Shown here: positions 1 through 12,512 of the stretch, piece after piece | Layout of the letters: each line of letters begins with the position of its first letter | How positions within the stretch are numbered: position 1 is the stretch's first letter | Assembly (NCBI GenBank): GCA_963693365.1 | Contig: CAVNZM010000003.1 | Location: 11,815,651 to 11,879,650, forward strand | Length of the DNA: 64,000 nucleotides | DNA from: Amoebidium appalachense | Lineage: Eukaryota > Protista > Ichthyosporea | Reading direction: 5' to 3' | Notes under the pieces: generated by a model | Told to the model about the DNA's origin: nothing | What the model saw: only the letters and a program-made list of their open reading frames with translations | Database searches by the model: none | Translations under genes and position numbers: made by a program

Positions 1-308
1 GGTATGCGAAAGCCAGACAAAGCCTTTGCAGATAGGGGCCATATTGTTCGTGTTTTGTTTACTGAGAAGTTGCACAGCATACTTGGGAGTAAGTGGAGAT
101 TATGGTGGCTTGAGGCTGACAGTTTTCTTTATTTTTTGCGGAGACACGGTAGGCCGCCAAGTCAGAAATTGTCTAGATCTTGGCACACTGGATGTAGGGG
201 GGGGGGGTGGGGGGGGGGGGATGAGTGGTTTTTTTTTTGTTTTTTTTTTTGGGGGGGGGGAGGGGGGAGGTGGGGGCTGGAGTGTGTTTAAGGGGGGGCA
301 TTAACCAG

Positions 309-3300
309 GGGTGGTTCTGCAGCTGCAGACGGTCAAGGGCAAGAGGAGGGTGCTGCTGCAGGCCGCAGCCGGGGGGAGAGATATGATGCTGCTCAAGAGG
401 GACATAGTGGGTTTGAGGAAGGACCAGATCGAAAAGGGTAAGGGGGGGAGGGGGGAGGCTTTTTTTGGAGGGGGGAGAGGGGGAGGGGCCAGGCCCGGGG
501 CGGGGGGGAGGGGGAGGTTGAGGGGGGGGGGGGGGGGGGGGAGGTGAGGGGGCATTGCTGACGGCAGACACGGCCAGGATGTGTGGGGCTGGAGACGGAG
601 GCACACGTGTTCTGGCTGGCCAAGTCCACAAAGGTAGCCCTGTGGTGTCTGCCTGTGCCTATGCCCACGTGGTGGTTTGGTGCCTGTGTGGCGTTGCCAC
701 GGTGTGGGGGTGTGCCTGGTGTCGTGTGCCTGCATGTGTGGCCTGTATCTGCCTGGGCACACTGCTGGTATGGTCCGGCTGCATGGGTGTGATGGGTTGG
801 TGGGTTGTGCTTGGTGGCAGCACACCATGTGCCTGCTGGACTGTGGGTGTGGTGGCTGCCTGTGTCTGCCTGTGTGTGTGTGCACTCCCCTCTGCAATGC
901 ATGCCCTTGTTTGTGTGTGCCTGTGCTCCTGTGTGGTGGTACAGGGCGGTGAGCATGGGCCCGTGTGGTCTCCCTGCTTGTGTTTGCATGTCTTTGTGTG
1001 CATGTGCAGACCTGTCCGCCTGCCAGACCGGCTGGATATTGCAATTATGTGACATGGCAGGGCATAACTCTCTCGGCTTTATCTACTTTGTAGTTTATGC
1101 AGCAGCTCACAACACGAGCCATACCAGCCGTATATACACACATGGGAGGCAAAGCTGCCCTCTAGTTTCATGTTATTCATTACTGCGCGCAGTGCTAAAC
1201 CCCAAACAACCAATCAGCAGGACCCTGTCCTTCCACATAGTCTCCAATAACATCTGAGCTTCCAATCGACGTGGTCCATCGCCACCACATCTTTGCAGAT
1301 CGGACTGGCCATAGGCCTGGGAGTGTCGCCTTTTGCCATGACACAGAACTTACTTCGAAAGATTTGACGTTTGATTTTTGCGCGAGGCAACAAGCGGTAC
1401 CATAAACAATTATTTTCTCTTGCGTGATGAGAACAATATGACCAGCACAAAGAGCATGTAAAGCACTGGTAATTCTGTTGGATGCATGAGGGATCAGGGC
1501 CCGTCTACACCCCACCCTTCTACTTTCTTATTCGGATTTTAGCCTACGAACACAACTATGTGGGCTTTGTGCTGTGCCTGGGATGTTGGGAGTGTGCGTT
1601 CCTGCAAAACCCATTCGTGCGGATATGGGGTGCTCGTGCCGTAGTGGTGCGTGTGCATGTGTCTGCATCTGTCTGTCTGCCTGCATGTTACTGGCTGACC
1701 CGGTGTGATGGTCTGTGCACGTGCATGGCCATGCCTGTAGGTCTGTGCACATGTGTGTTAGTGTGTTCTTGCTCATGTCTATATGCATGAGCTGTATGTT
1801 TTCACTTGCACGTGTGTCGTTTACCTCTGCTTGCACTTGAAGTCTGTGCATCTTCCCTTGTGCTTAGGGGTTGTCATATATGCCTGTACGTGTGTGCTTT
1901 TGTGCAATATGGGATGTCGTTGTGCCTGTAGGTGTGTGCTTGGCCCGGGCTTCTGAGTCTTGGCCTCCCACCTAATCCCTTGAGTATGTGCACCTGGGGA
2001 CCCTCTGTCTACTATCCCATGGGCATATCAGTTTGTATGTCACCATGGCATGGGTGGTGCTCATTGTGAGCTGCCTGTCTGTTGTTCTGTTCATTGCGTT
2101 GCACTGATGCACTGTGACTGTGGGCCACAGGGTGTGTTGGTGCGCATGCTCAGCTGGCTGTCGGGCAAGTCCGGCACTGATGCCGATGTGGGCACGTGTG
2201 TGCGCTGCCTGGATGGCCCCTTGCAAGAAAAGCGCCCGGCCCCACAGGTGAGTCCTGCCCCCCTCCCCCCCCCTCCCCCAACGTGTGTGCTGACACCCCC
2301 CCCAGCCGAGCGCAGGCACCAGTGAGCCAGCTAGCAAGAGGCTGCGCCGGGAGGATGCAGGGCCTGGGCCCCGCCTGCAGCCAGACCCCGGCCAGGCCCA
2401 CAGGCCAAGGCCCACGGCCCCACAGCCAGCGGCACACCAGCACACCCAGCCACCCACCACACAGCAAAAACCCCAGCCCCCACCCACAAATCAACAAAAA
2501 CCCCAGCCTCCACCCACAACACAACAAATACCCCAGACCCAACCCACAACACAGCAAAAACCCCAGCCCCCACCCACAACACAGCAAAAACCCCAGCCCC
2601 CACCCACCCCTCGACAAAAACCCCCACCCACCCAGCCCCCCAAACCACCCACCCCACCAACACAACCCCAACCCCCACCAACACAGCAACCCATGCCCCA
2701 GACCACACAACAACCACAAACGCCCCCACTTAGCCAGCCACAACCCCCCCCATCCACACAACCACAATCCACCCAACCCACCACCCAAACACAACACCCT
2801 CAACCCACCCAACCACAACCCGCCCCACGCACACCCCCTCAAGCCCCCTGCACGCCACCCCCCAAGGCCCCGATTGTGCCCGAGCCACCAGTGCATGCCC
2901 AGGCACCATGTCAGGGCACCCCCCAGGCCACGCCCCCTGCCGGGCAGCAGGCAGCATCTGGGCCAGCCAATGGCAAGGAGGCACTGGACGAGCAGCAGCA
3001 GCGCCTGCTGGAGGTGAGGGGGCAGAGGGAGGGAGGGGGGATGGGGGGGGGGGGGGGAAGGGGAGCAGAGGGATGGGGGGGGAGGGGGGGGGAGGGGAGG
3101 TGATGCTGAGTGGGTGGGACAGCGCAAGCAGCGGCTGGAGGCCCTCAAGAGCAAACGGGCAAAGCTGGAGACAGAAGGCGGCAGACAGGCACAGGGCAAC
3201 CAGCAGGTGGGTGATGGGCACTGACTGGGTGGCTTTACATGCATGGGCACTGACTGGGTGGCTTTACATGCATGGGCACTGACTGGGTGGCTTTACATGC

Positions 3301-4244
3301 ATGGGCACTGACTGGGTGGCTTTACATGCATGGCACTGACTGGGTGGCTTTACATGCATGGGCACTGACTGGGTGGCTTTACATGCATGGCACTGACTGG
3401 GTGGCTTTACCTGCATGGCACTGACTGGGTGGCTTTACATGCATGGGCACTGACTGGGTGGCTTTACATGCATGGGCACTGACTGGGTGGCTTTACATGC
3501 ATGCACTGACTGGGTGGCTTTACATCCATGCACTGACTGGGTGGCATGGGCACTAACTGGGTGGCTTTACATGCAGGAGGCCACCCAGCCACCATGCAGC
3601 CCACCACGGTACGTGGCCTGGTCTCCCCTGCATGTCTGAGTGGCACCGTGCCAGCCCTAGCTGCCAGGGTGTATGGGCAAGTTGCAGCAGGCCATGGCTT
3701 GGGACAAGCCCAGCCCCCATGCAGCATGCTGACACATGCTGCCCATGCAGGCCGGCCCCAGCCACCCCACCACGGCAGGCAGAGGCAGGGCCGCAGGGCC
3801 AGGGCCAGCAGGGTTCTGGGCCGTGGACGGACGGGCTCAGTGTGGCAGCACTAAAGGGCCACTGTGCTGCGCTGGGCCTGGACACCAGCACGTGTGTGGA
3901 GAAGGCCGACCTTGTGGCCCTGTTGCTGCGCCATGCCCCCAATGGCCCCCCAAAGACCCCCCCACCCAGCCAGAAGCCACCGAGCCCAGCCCCGGGCACC
4001 CAGCCGTTCCAAGAGCGCCCCCCGAACGTGCCCCCACCCCCCCCTCACAGCAAGCCGGCCTCAGAGCCCCAGGCCTCTCCCCAGGGCCATCCCCCCGGGC
4101 CCACTGCTGGGGCCCGGCCAGCCCAGCATCAGCCCACAGGCCCAAGGCCAGCCCCCAGCCAACCCCAGCGGCCTGCCACGGCCCAGCCCCGTCCACAGCC
4201 ACGGCCAAAGACAAAGGCCAGGCACACACACAAGACCCACAGGC

Positions 4245-4285
<41 letters not shown>

Positions 4286-4301
4286 AAGCAACAACAACAG
4301 C

Positions 4302-4332
<31 letters not shown>

Positions 4333-5258
4333 GCAAAAGCAACAACAACAGCAAAAGCCACCCAGCCACGGTGCCGGGCAGGCACCCTACCGGTTCCAGC
4401 GGCCCGTCAATGCTGCGCAAGCGTTCCAGCTGGCCTGGGCCGTGTGGCACCACTGGCATGCAAGACACATGCCCGGCCTGCCCGTCAACCAGCAGCTGCC
4501 CCCCTGGTTTGCCGACGGCTGCTTCTTTGACGACCAGGCCGGTCTGTGCCCTGGGAGTGTGTGGGTGGGTGGGTAGGTGGGGGGATTGCTGATTGTGTGT
4601 GCAGTGGTAGCCATGGAGCAGGGCTGGAGCCTGTTTGCCGAGTCCCAGGGCGGGCAGCTGTGCATCGGCAGCATCCCCTGGCCACGCACACACAACCTGG
4701 CCGGCATAGCGGTGAGTGGCCCATGGGGCACACACGTAGGGGGAGACAGACTGTGGGGCTGGGCCCTGCACGGCCACCCCATGCATGAGGCATGAGGGTG
4801 CTGGGGCCCAATGGGAGTCTGGGCTGGTGTTGACGTGCACTTGTTGCAATGTGGCGTGCAAGGGCCTGTGGTGTGTGGGGGTGTGCATGTGCCCTGTTGG
4901 GGCAGGCACTGATTGACGGTGGGGGCAGTTTGATGATGATGAGGCCACCCGCAAGGCAAAGTTCCGCAAGGCAAACCTGAGATGGTGCGTGCTTGAGGGT
5001 CTGCATGTGTGTGTGTGTGTGTGTGTGTGTTTTGCTCCATGGGTGGGCACTGAGTGTGGGCACGCACAGGCACCCGGACAAGTTTGCAGCGCAGTATGGC
5101 AGCAAGCTGCATGCGGACCACCGGTATGGCTGGGCCCAGGCTGGGGGCCAGTGGGTGGGGGCATGGGCTGACAGGGGCACAGGGAGGCAATCATGAGGGC
5201 AGTTAATGAGCTGACGGGCAAGCTGCTGGACCAGCGCAGAGTCTTCATGGGCCAGTAG
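309..5258 (+). CDS. Spliced host gene (5' end uncertain): Pro/Gln-rich protein with a coiled coil, an HeH/SAP-like motif, polyQ and a C-terminal NFKBIL1-like (J-domain-like RWHPDKF) domain
   Basis: Hand-built exons are 309-437, 578-633, 2131-2247, 2306-3013, 3123-3206, 3577-3608, 3751-4541, 4605(or 4611)-4711, 4929-4984, 5070-5123 and 5183-5258. All introns are GT..AG with matching phases, and most have a CTGAC/CTAAC-like branch site. Junctions read ALDEQQQRLLE|RKQRLEALKSKRAKLE and GSIPWPRTHNLAGIA|FDDDEATRKAKFRKANLRW|HPDKFAAQYGSKLHADHR|EAIMRAVNELTGKLLDQRRVFMGQ*. The first two exons are less certain. Confidence 0.8.
2451..2630 (+). repeat. Coding 30-bp minisatellite, ~6 copies, encoding PTTQQKPQPP-like decapeptides
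   Basis: Unit cacccacaacacagcaaaaaccccagcccc, in frame within exon 2306-3013. Confidence 0.9.
3214..3576 (+). repeat. Intronic 29-bp minisatellite, 13 copies
   Basis: Unit atgggcactgactgggtggctttacatgc starts at 3214, 3243, 3272, 3301, 3330, 3358, 3387, 3415, 3443, 3472, 3501, 3528 (truncated) and 3546. Confidence 0.95.
4244..4353 (+). repeat. (CAA)n tract encoding polyglutamine
   Basis: In frame within exon 3751-4541. Confidence 0.9.
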
Positions 5259-5299
5259 GCATGGGTCTGCTTGAGGTCAGATACACGGGGCACTGCTGT

Positions 5300-5300
<1 letters not shown>

Positions 5301-5362
<62 letters not shown>

Positions 5363-5366
5363 ACAC

Positions 5367-5400
<34 letters not shown>
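5301..5400. repeat. (CA)n microsatellite
   Basis: Directly visible. Confidence 0.95.
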
Positions 5401-5401
<1 letters not shown>

Positions 5402-6848
5402 ACTCACACTCGTGTGTTTTGGTTGCTGTTTCAAAATCTTTCACGGATGTCATGTTATTGGTCATCAGTGGCACACGCACGGTACCAATTTGATAGTTGT
5501 GCAGGCCTCTAGGGGGCCAGATTGCCCTCACACATTGTGGGATGCCCACGGGGTAGTAGTTATTGCCCGTTGTTACACACTGTTGGCCGATAAATTATGG
5601 GCCTCTGTTGTGTGGCGACTTTTAGTGGCCCCTTGTCGGCACCAACCCATCATTCTTTGGGCAAGGGAGAGACTTTAGTGGGTTCCAACCTCACTGCTGG
5701 TGCACGTGGTGTTGGCAATGGGACAACTCGGTGCTACCTTAGATGCATGACCTTCAGGTGAAGTCTTATTTTGAAAGTATTTAACATATATTGTAACATT
5801 GACCTGACTGTTGTTTTAAGGTAAAGATTGGGTGGCATTTCTCAAATGTCACACCTGTTATTCGCCTTGCTTGGTGCTGTGCAAACAACTCTGAGGTACC
5901 CTATAGTCGTATATGTGGGAGAGCTGGGGGTGGGGTGAGAGGTGGGGTGCCTCTATGACGAAGAGCCCTAGGTAAAAGGAGATCGCTCACATAAACCACT
6001 AGAAAATTAAAGCACAGTACTTGATAATTTATCACTTCGATAAAAACATAAACCCAATGACCTTAACCTTATGTGTGCTTGGGGCCCTGTATGGGATGGC
6101 TGCCCCCTCCCCTTCCCCCTCCAACCCCCCGCTACACGATGTTGCACAGGGATCAAGCCGTTCGTGTTTTGTCCGATGTTGAATAATCAGGTGTGAGGGA
6201 GGGTCTGTCGTATACACCAAATTTTTTGAGGGGGGAGGGGGGGGGGGCACTACGGCTGTGGATCACGACCAACTGCAGACGACTGGATCTAAAAAGCAAA
6301 TGTCATGTGGGGCCTGGCCTCTCTGGTAGGCCTGGCAATGACGGGAGTTTTATCTATGTTGTCAGCAGCACCAAGACTCACGTAGCTAGCAACCTTGGAC
6401 AACCATTGGACAAGTTGGCCGACAACCTAGACGTTCCAAACTTAGCAAGAGTAGTATTGGTGGTGTATGATTGGGTGGGGTGATCCGCCATTCAGTCACT
6501 ATGAGAGCGGGTTGGTTCCGCATCGACTCTCATAATCACTATTGTGCCCGTCGCTTTTCCGTCTGACCCACCTGCCCGCCGGTGCTCTTAGCTCCCCTGT
6601 CGCATCAGGTTTAATAAAGTTCGGATCAAGGCTTGTTTATGCACGTGCTCATTGGCCGTTCTCTTCGGCAATACATATGTAAACACCCCATGTGTCATAC
6701 ATATGCATCATGTACCCTTACAAGTGTGTCTATATCATACATATACCCAGTATACAGAGGGGCACCTTCCTTAGATTCAGCCTGCACTGCCTTTTATGCA
6801 AAGTGGCGGCAAGATGCATATGAATAAACGCAGTCACAATATTACGGC

Positions 6849-6996
6849 TTAGAACCGTAGCATGCAACTCAATCCCCCCCCCCCCTCTCCCCCCCCCTCC
6901 CCTCCCCTTCCTTCCCCCCCCCCCCCTCCCCCCCCTCCCCTCCCCCCGGGGCCTCCCCTGGGGCTCTTAATCTGAGTTGCCATGCTACGGTTCTAA
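6849..6996. mobile_element. Small fold-back/MITE-like element with ~24-bp terminal inverted repeats around a C-rich core
   Basis: ttagaaccgtagcatg-caactca (6849-6871) is the reverse complement of tgagttgccatgctacggttctaa (6973-6996), with 1 indel. A TA TSD is possible. Confidence 0.55.
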
Positions 6997-7166
6997 CTAG
7001 GAACTGACAAACGCTCGAAAGATCGCTGGGGAGTATGCACACACGTGTGTGACAAGCAAACTTTCACAAACATACACACACTGTACACACACGTTGTATC
7101 GTTTCAGACATCCTCCCCACCCACCCACACCCACACATTCACTCACAGACACAAGCAAATGCACGA

Positions 7167-7167
<1 letters not shown>

Positions 7168-7227
<60 letters not shown>

Positions 7228-7334
7228 ACACACACTGTGACCCACACACACACACGAGGTGCCGCACACAGCGACACACACCTCTCACTCCCCCCCCCCC
7301 CCCCCCCTTTCCCCTCCTCCCTTCTCCCCCCCCC

Positions 7335-7365
<31 letters not shown>

Positions 7366-7376
7366 ACAAACACACA
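7168..7376. repeat. (CA)n and poly-C low-complexity block
   Basis: Directly visible. Confidence 0.9.
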
Positions 7377-7678
7377 CCTCCCCGTGACCACACTACACAA
7401 AATGGGATACAGCATGCACTTCATCACCCCAAACTCCACACCACCACCAAACTATGTTAGACCCCTCAGTCGATAGGGAAATTCGTAACTGGAACCCCCC
7501 CCCCCTCCCCCAAAAGCCTAGATCAACACTATGATGAAAATAGAAAAAGCCTCCATATCTTTATGTAAATAGTTGTAAAGAGTTGTACTGGTTGAGATAA
7601 GGCAGAGTAAAGCTGAATCAAAATAAAGACTGATTCAGTTGTACTCTGCCTTATCCCAACTAGTACAACTGTTTACAT

Positions 7679-7695
7679 TGGCGACCGCGGCAGGA
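7679..7695 (+). promoter_or_regulatory. Primer-binding site TGGCGACCGCGGCAGGA (complement of a tRNA 3' end, tRNA-Ser-like)
   Basis: Begins with TGG 1 nt after the LTR end. The tRNA identity is inferred. Confidence 0.7.
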
Positions 7696-10309
7696 CAAGA
7701 ATCCCGCATCTTTCAATCGTTTCAAGATTCTCGCATCCTTCGAATCTCACATCCTTCAATCCTTTCAAGATTCTCCATCGCTCATCATGGCCGATCGATG
7801 ACCACGAACATCCTCTCTTTATTAGTTTAGAATATCCGCCTGACACGGCACAGATAGAAATGAAAAGTTGGAAACACAAACTCATAAGTAAATAACGAGA
7901 ACTACAAAAGGCTTTGCACAAAAGCAAACTTTCCCAATATACATTTCGCCGTTGAACAATGAAGCAACGAACTAACGAATAAAGAACTATACATGAAACA
8001 ACGAACCAACGAAAAACGAACTGAACTGTTCACGAAGCCACAACGAATAACGAACTAACGAAAACGAATGCATATAGAAATAACGAAGCAACGAAAAACG
8101 AATGCATATAGCCTACGAACCAATGAAACATGTCATGAATGCATAACGAAATAAAGAAGTAACAAATCGACTGTAGCAAAGAAAAACGAAAGCGATGTGA
8201 ATGAAAATACGAAATATAAGAACACATGCACAACACATATGCCCCCAGCATCCTCTCAGTTACGAAGAAAGAAAACCGTTGCTCTTGCGTGCATTGCGCT
8301 ATTGCACACCGTAACCGTGTCCATGCTCAGAGTAATGCGTGCACATCCACACTTGCAACTATGTGCACGGCCACTTTCAGCACGAATGCATTTGAGGAAG
8401 AAGATAGTCGCTGTTGCTATAGATGTAGGTGCTATGAAGTTGTGTTTGCTGTGCATTCTTCGAATCCCTGACTGTGGTAGTGGAAAACGAATATAGCATT
8501 CCCGCAGTTGGGCGCACGGAATGCACAAAATGCACATGGATGTATGCTTGCATGCCTAAACATTACGAACATATGCCTCACGTATGGCCCTTCCTGGTGC
8601 CATGCCCCAACGAACTTGCACTCTTGGTGCACAGAAGGCATGTAATAAAGTCGATGCAGAACTTTTGTTCATGCATGTGAAAAACAAACGAAGGTGTGGG
8701 GTACGAATTAAATGGTAATTGCCAGTCTGTGGCAATACTGTAACATATGAATGACACCGTCAAGCCGCAAAATAAAACTTGCTGCCGGCACACCCCCACC
8801 AGAAAAACCGAATGTGGTATGGGCACCGTTCCCTCACAACACCAGCATACAGTGTCAGTATTTTGGCTGGAAGCCTTTCGAATAAATAATACCCTCCTTC
8901 ACTAGTGAAGAAAGCGTGGTTGAGGACGAATACGAATGCAAGGTGTTGTTGTTTAAAACATTGAACCATCATGTGACCTTGGCCCTGGTACGGAGATGGC
9001 CATGTTATTCCCTTGCAAAACCCGATGACACTGTAAGTTACACCCTTTAGCACGTACACACCCCACCAATGGGCACAGGCGGGAGACAACTCCGCAAGCT
9101 GCCTAATTGGGTACCTCTGCTAAAACGAAATGCTCTTCTCAGGAAGTTACGGAAGGGTCCAACGAACACGAACCACACACTCACCGGGCAGCTACTTACA
9201 TCGGACGTATGTGAAAAGTAGGGTGTGTGAGCGGGGTAAATCCATGAACACCATCACGAAAGAAAGTACAGCACAAAGCAGTTCCACGAACACGAATGGT
9301 TTTGGTATTCCACACAACGAACAGAACCAAAAGTAGGGCCACCTACAAACGAAGCAGAGGATGGGGCACCATCCAGACCTGCACTGGAGGGGATATGAAG
9401 ATACGAAGCGCACTCACGAAGTTGCTTACAAACTTTAAGAAAGGGCGACTGTGACGACTTTTCTTTTGAGGCCAAGCCTCCAGAAGAATGTATTATGCCT
9501 GGAGTCCCTCTGCTCAACAAAAATTGTTGGCTAATCGGATACGAAAACTGCTTACGAATGGAAGCATGTGTTTTCTGATCACGAATAAGGTTTGCTTTGC
9601 CTGCCCTCTTCTTATGAATTATGAACCGGGTTTTTACTGGTTCTAACGGGATGATATATTTCGTTATGTCACCCAACGAAGAAAACTTAGGGCATTTTTT
9701 TTAATCATGGCTTTCCCGGCTCCGAGATGCAGGGTTAAAGCTCAAAGGAAAGAAGGGCTCTTTGTTCATGGAAGAAGTGGCTTTTCCGGCCATACTATAG
9801 TGACTCGCCTTATAACCTTAAGGTAGAACCAGGATAAGGGGCAGCGGCTAAGAAGCTATTCACCACTACCTGATCTACGAAGTGACTTAAGGCTCGAGTT
9901 ATATTCATATCGAATGTTTGGTATGATCATTCATCCACACAACCAAAGTACTCGCACTTGAAAACGAATTTGCGGGAGAATCCTAAAAAGGAAAAATTCC
10001 CAAAAACGAAAGTGATACTTCTACAGAAAAAGCCAAGCGAAGTGACGAAGCGAACGATTCGCATGCACAGTCTGCAAAACTCTTCGCCACGAAAATGAAA
10101 AAACAGAAGAATGCTGCATGAATATGTGTTATTTGGCAAATGAAGAAGTGCTCCGTAGACGTGCACAATTCTATTTCACCGTCCTTGCTCTGTTCTGTCC
10201 AACAGCTCGGCACACAAGAATCTCGCTGATGGTTGTTTACCGCCTCTCAGCCTGGTGGTTTGCTTGTCTAACGACACCGCCAGGCTCCCGACAAGGGGGG
10301 GCCCGGGAG

Positions 10310-10784
10310 TGTAAACAACTGTACACATGAACTGTACATGTTTACTAAAGAATGTGATGTACTAGCACACGATTCGTGCTTTCTCACGAATATCACATAA
10401 ATATTATGTCCGCACCAATTGGAATCACTCTGACTCAAAAAGTGAACCATATATGGTTCTATTGCTGCATACACATAGACGAAGTGGACCAGTAAGAGGT
10501 TTGCTTAAATAGGACGAAGGTCTGACTGGCTTGGACCGCATCACAATCACGAATGGCATGTTGCCACCCGCGCTGGCCGCGGATGAACCAATCCTGGGCG
10601 TTGATCCGAAATCTGGGGGCTATATAAGAAAGCCGTCCCAGTACGGGGATCAGTCAGAATGAGACAGTCAGAGACGAAGCCCATATCAAAACTACCCTGG
10701 CCGCGTGTGCCTTTCTACCCGTTCCCTGTCTTTATTTTGATTCAGTTGTACCCCGCCTTATCCTAACTAGTTCAACTGTTTACA
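10310..10784 (+). repeat. 3' LTR (475 bp)
   Basis: 8-bp terminal inverted repeats and a TATATAAG at 10621. The last 47 bp match 7631-7677 at 43/47. Confidence 0.8.
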
Positions 10785-11122
10785 ATAGTGCCGCCGGATT
10801 GTTCTGCCATGTCTGTTTGACGGTCTAGGTCTAGAAAGAAGGGATATAGGTCTCTTGATGCCGGTACCCATAATAAGGTTGCAGTGCTGAACACGGCCAT
10901 AATACAGGTGAAAATTTAAGGTGGGTGGGAGGGGAAAGGGAATTCCCCTGTGCTAAGCTGGTGGAGATGTGGAGAGGGAGGGGGATCTGTAATTAACTTG
11001 AAACAGCGGGCATTTTGTTTTGTTTTTTCAAAGGTTGGGGGGGGGGGGGGGACAAGACAAGAAAGGCTACTGGAAGGTATAACGTTGGAACTCTCGAGCT
11101 CGAGCTCACGTTAACGCTACAA

Positions 11123-11284
<162 letters not shown>

Positions 11285-12341
11285 CCTATCTCTTCCCCCC
11301 CCCCCCCCCTCCGTCCCCCACTTCGCCCTTTCCCTCCTAGATCTTGCAAATTGTACCCTGACTGCCCCCAGGCATTTTTGACTCTTGGTGTGTACACACT
11401 ATGGTTGCCAACATGCAAGACATACTTAGGCTTGTGAAACTTGGATCAGACGCCAAATCACTGTGCTCTCTCGGGCGCAACAGCTCCGACAGCCTGAGCG
11501 TCATATGAGCGCAGGTCACGGGTGAATGCCTAGTCTAACTCAATTTAGAGAACCGAGTCAACCTGGACACACCTGTCGTATCCTAATGTATATGTACTAG
11601 AGACGCGGCACTCTACTAAGTGTACACACACGAAAAGGAACGAACGTGTACGGAAAAACGGTAAAGTTTATTCAGACCAGGCTCCGACGGGCAAAACTTA
11701 GATCCGTACGGAATGAGACTAAGTTACGACTGAGGCCATCAAGGCCGTGCCCTCAAAGATCATCATCACCTGGCCCCCTACGATGCCACATTCCAAACAT
11801 TCCGATCTACTTTTATCGTGCGCCTGCACGAGCTAAGTCGATCTACTCAACTAATATATTTATCCATGTCTCACCCCTCACCCTCCCCCTAGTGGCACCG
11901 CATGTAACTTAGAGGTTTCTCTGTGAGACTTTATTATTTGCTGACTTGCATTGACTGGCCCACCGGGACCTTTATATACTTGTGGTCTGGCTCACTGGAA
12001 TGTTACATACTATTCCCGATTGGTCTACCCGCCGCTATGGATCTAGTCGCTACCAATCAAAACACTCCAATAGAATCTTCTAGACTCTTCTAGATCTATC
12101 CTGATCTATCGTGAACCTATCCACCAGTTTATCCCGAATATCTCGAATATTCCCGATCACTAGTGCTACGCTAACGCAGGGCATACCGGATGGCTATCCT
12201 GTTCGACACCCCCACTTGCACTGTGTTCTATCTATCTACCGCATGCAACCTAAACCTAAGATGCAACTCTAAAACTATGCTACTATACTAACACATATAA
12301 CACCTACTACACGAACATTAACACTACACTAATTGTAGTTC

Positions 12342-12512
12342 TTACTCAGCCATGCCGATGGCCTGCCGATGCTGCACTAACTTAAGTCTCCCTAAAGCTT
12401 TGGTGCACATGTCGGCCACGTTACTGTTCGTGCTGCAATACACAAGTTCTACATCCCCATTCTCCACACACTCACGGGTGTAGTGGTACTGAACGTCGAT
12501 GTGTTTGATGCT
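12342..12512 (-). pseudogene. Out-of-frame C-terminal remnant of the copia RNase H
   Basis: IKHIDVQYHYTRECVENGDVELVYCSTNSNVADMCTKAL follows directly after DDPVTLEEAISR, so RT and most of RH are deleted. Confidence 0.88.

Larger units (their letters stand above)
7574..10784 (+). mobile_element. Non-coding (non-autonomous) LTR retroelement with a palindromic 5' terminus
   Basis: ATAGT TSD at 7569-7573 and 10785-10789. The LTR end ...tgtttaCA at 7677 is followed by a PBS. PPT aagggggggcccgggag at 10293-10309. 3' LTR runs TGTAAACA...TGTTTACA. No gag/pol motif found in the 2.6-kb interior. Confidence 0.8.

Noticed and set aside
1020-1630. AT-richer intronic segment with VVAMDHVD and DYVEGQGPADWL, resembling integrase/RNase H scraps
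   Set aside because: The motifs are too short and in implausible order, and no element boundaries were found.
3214-3576. 29-bp repeat array as a CRISPR
   Set aside because: The units are contiguous with no unique spacers, lie in a eukaryotic intron, and no cas genes are present.
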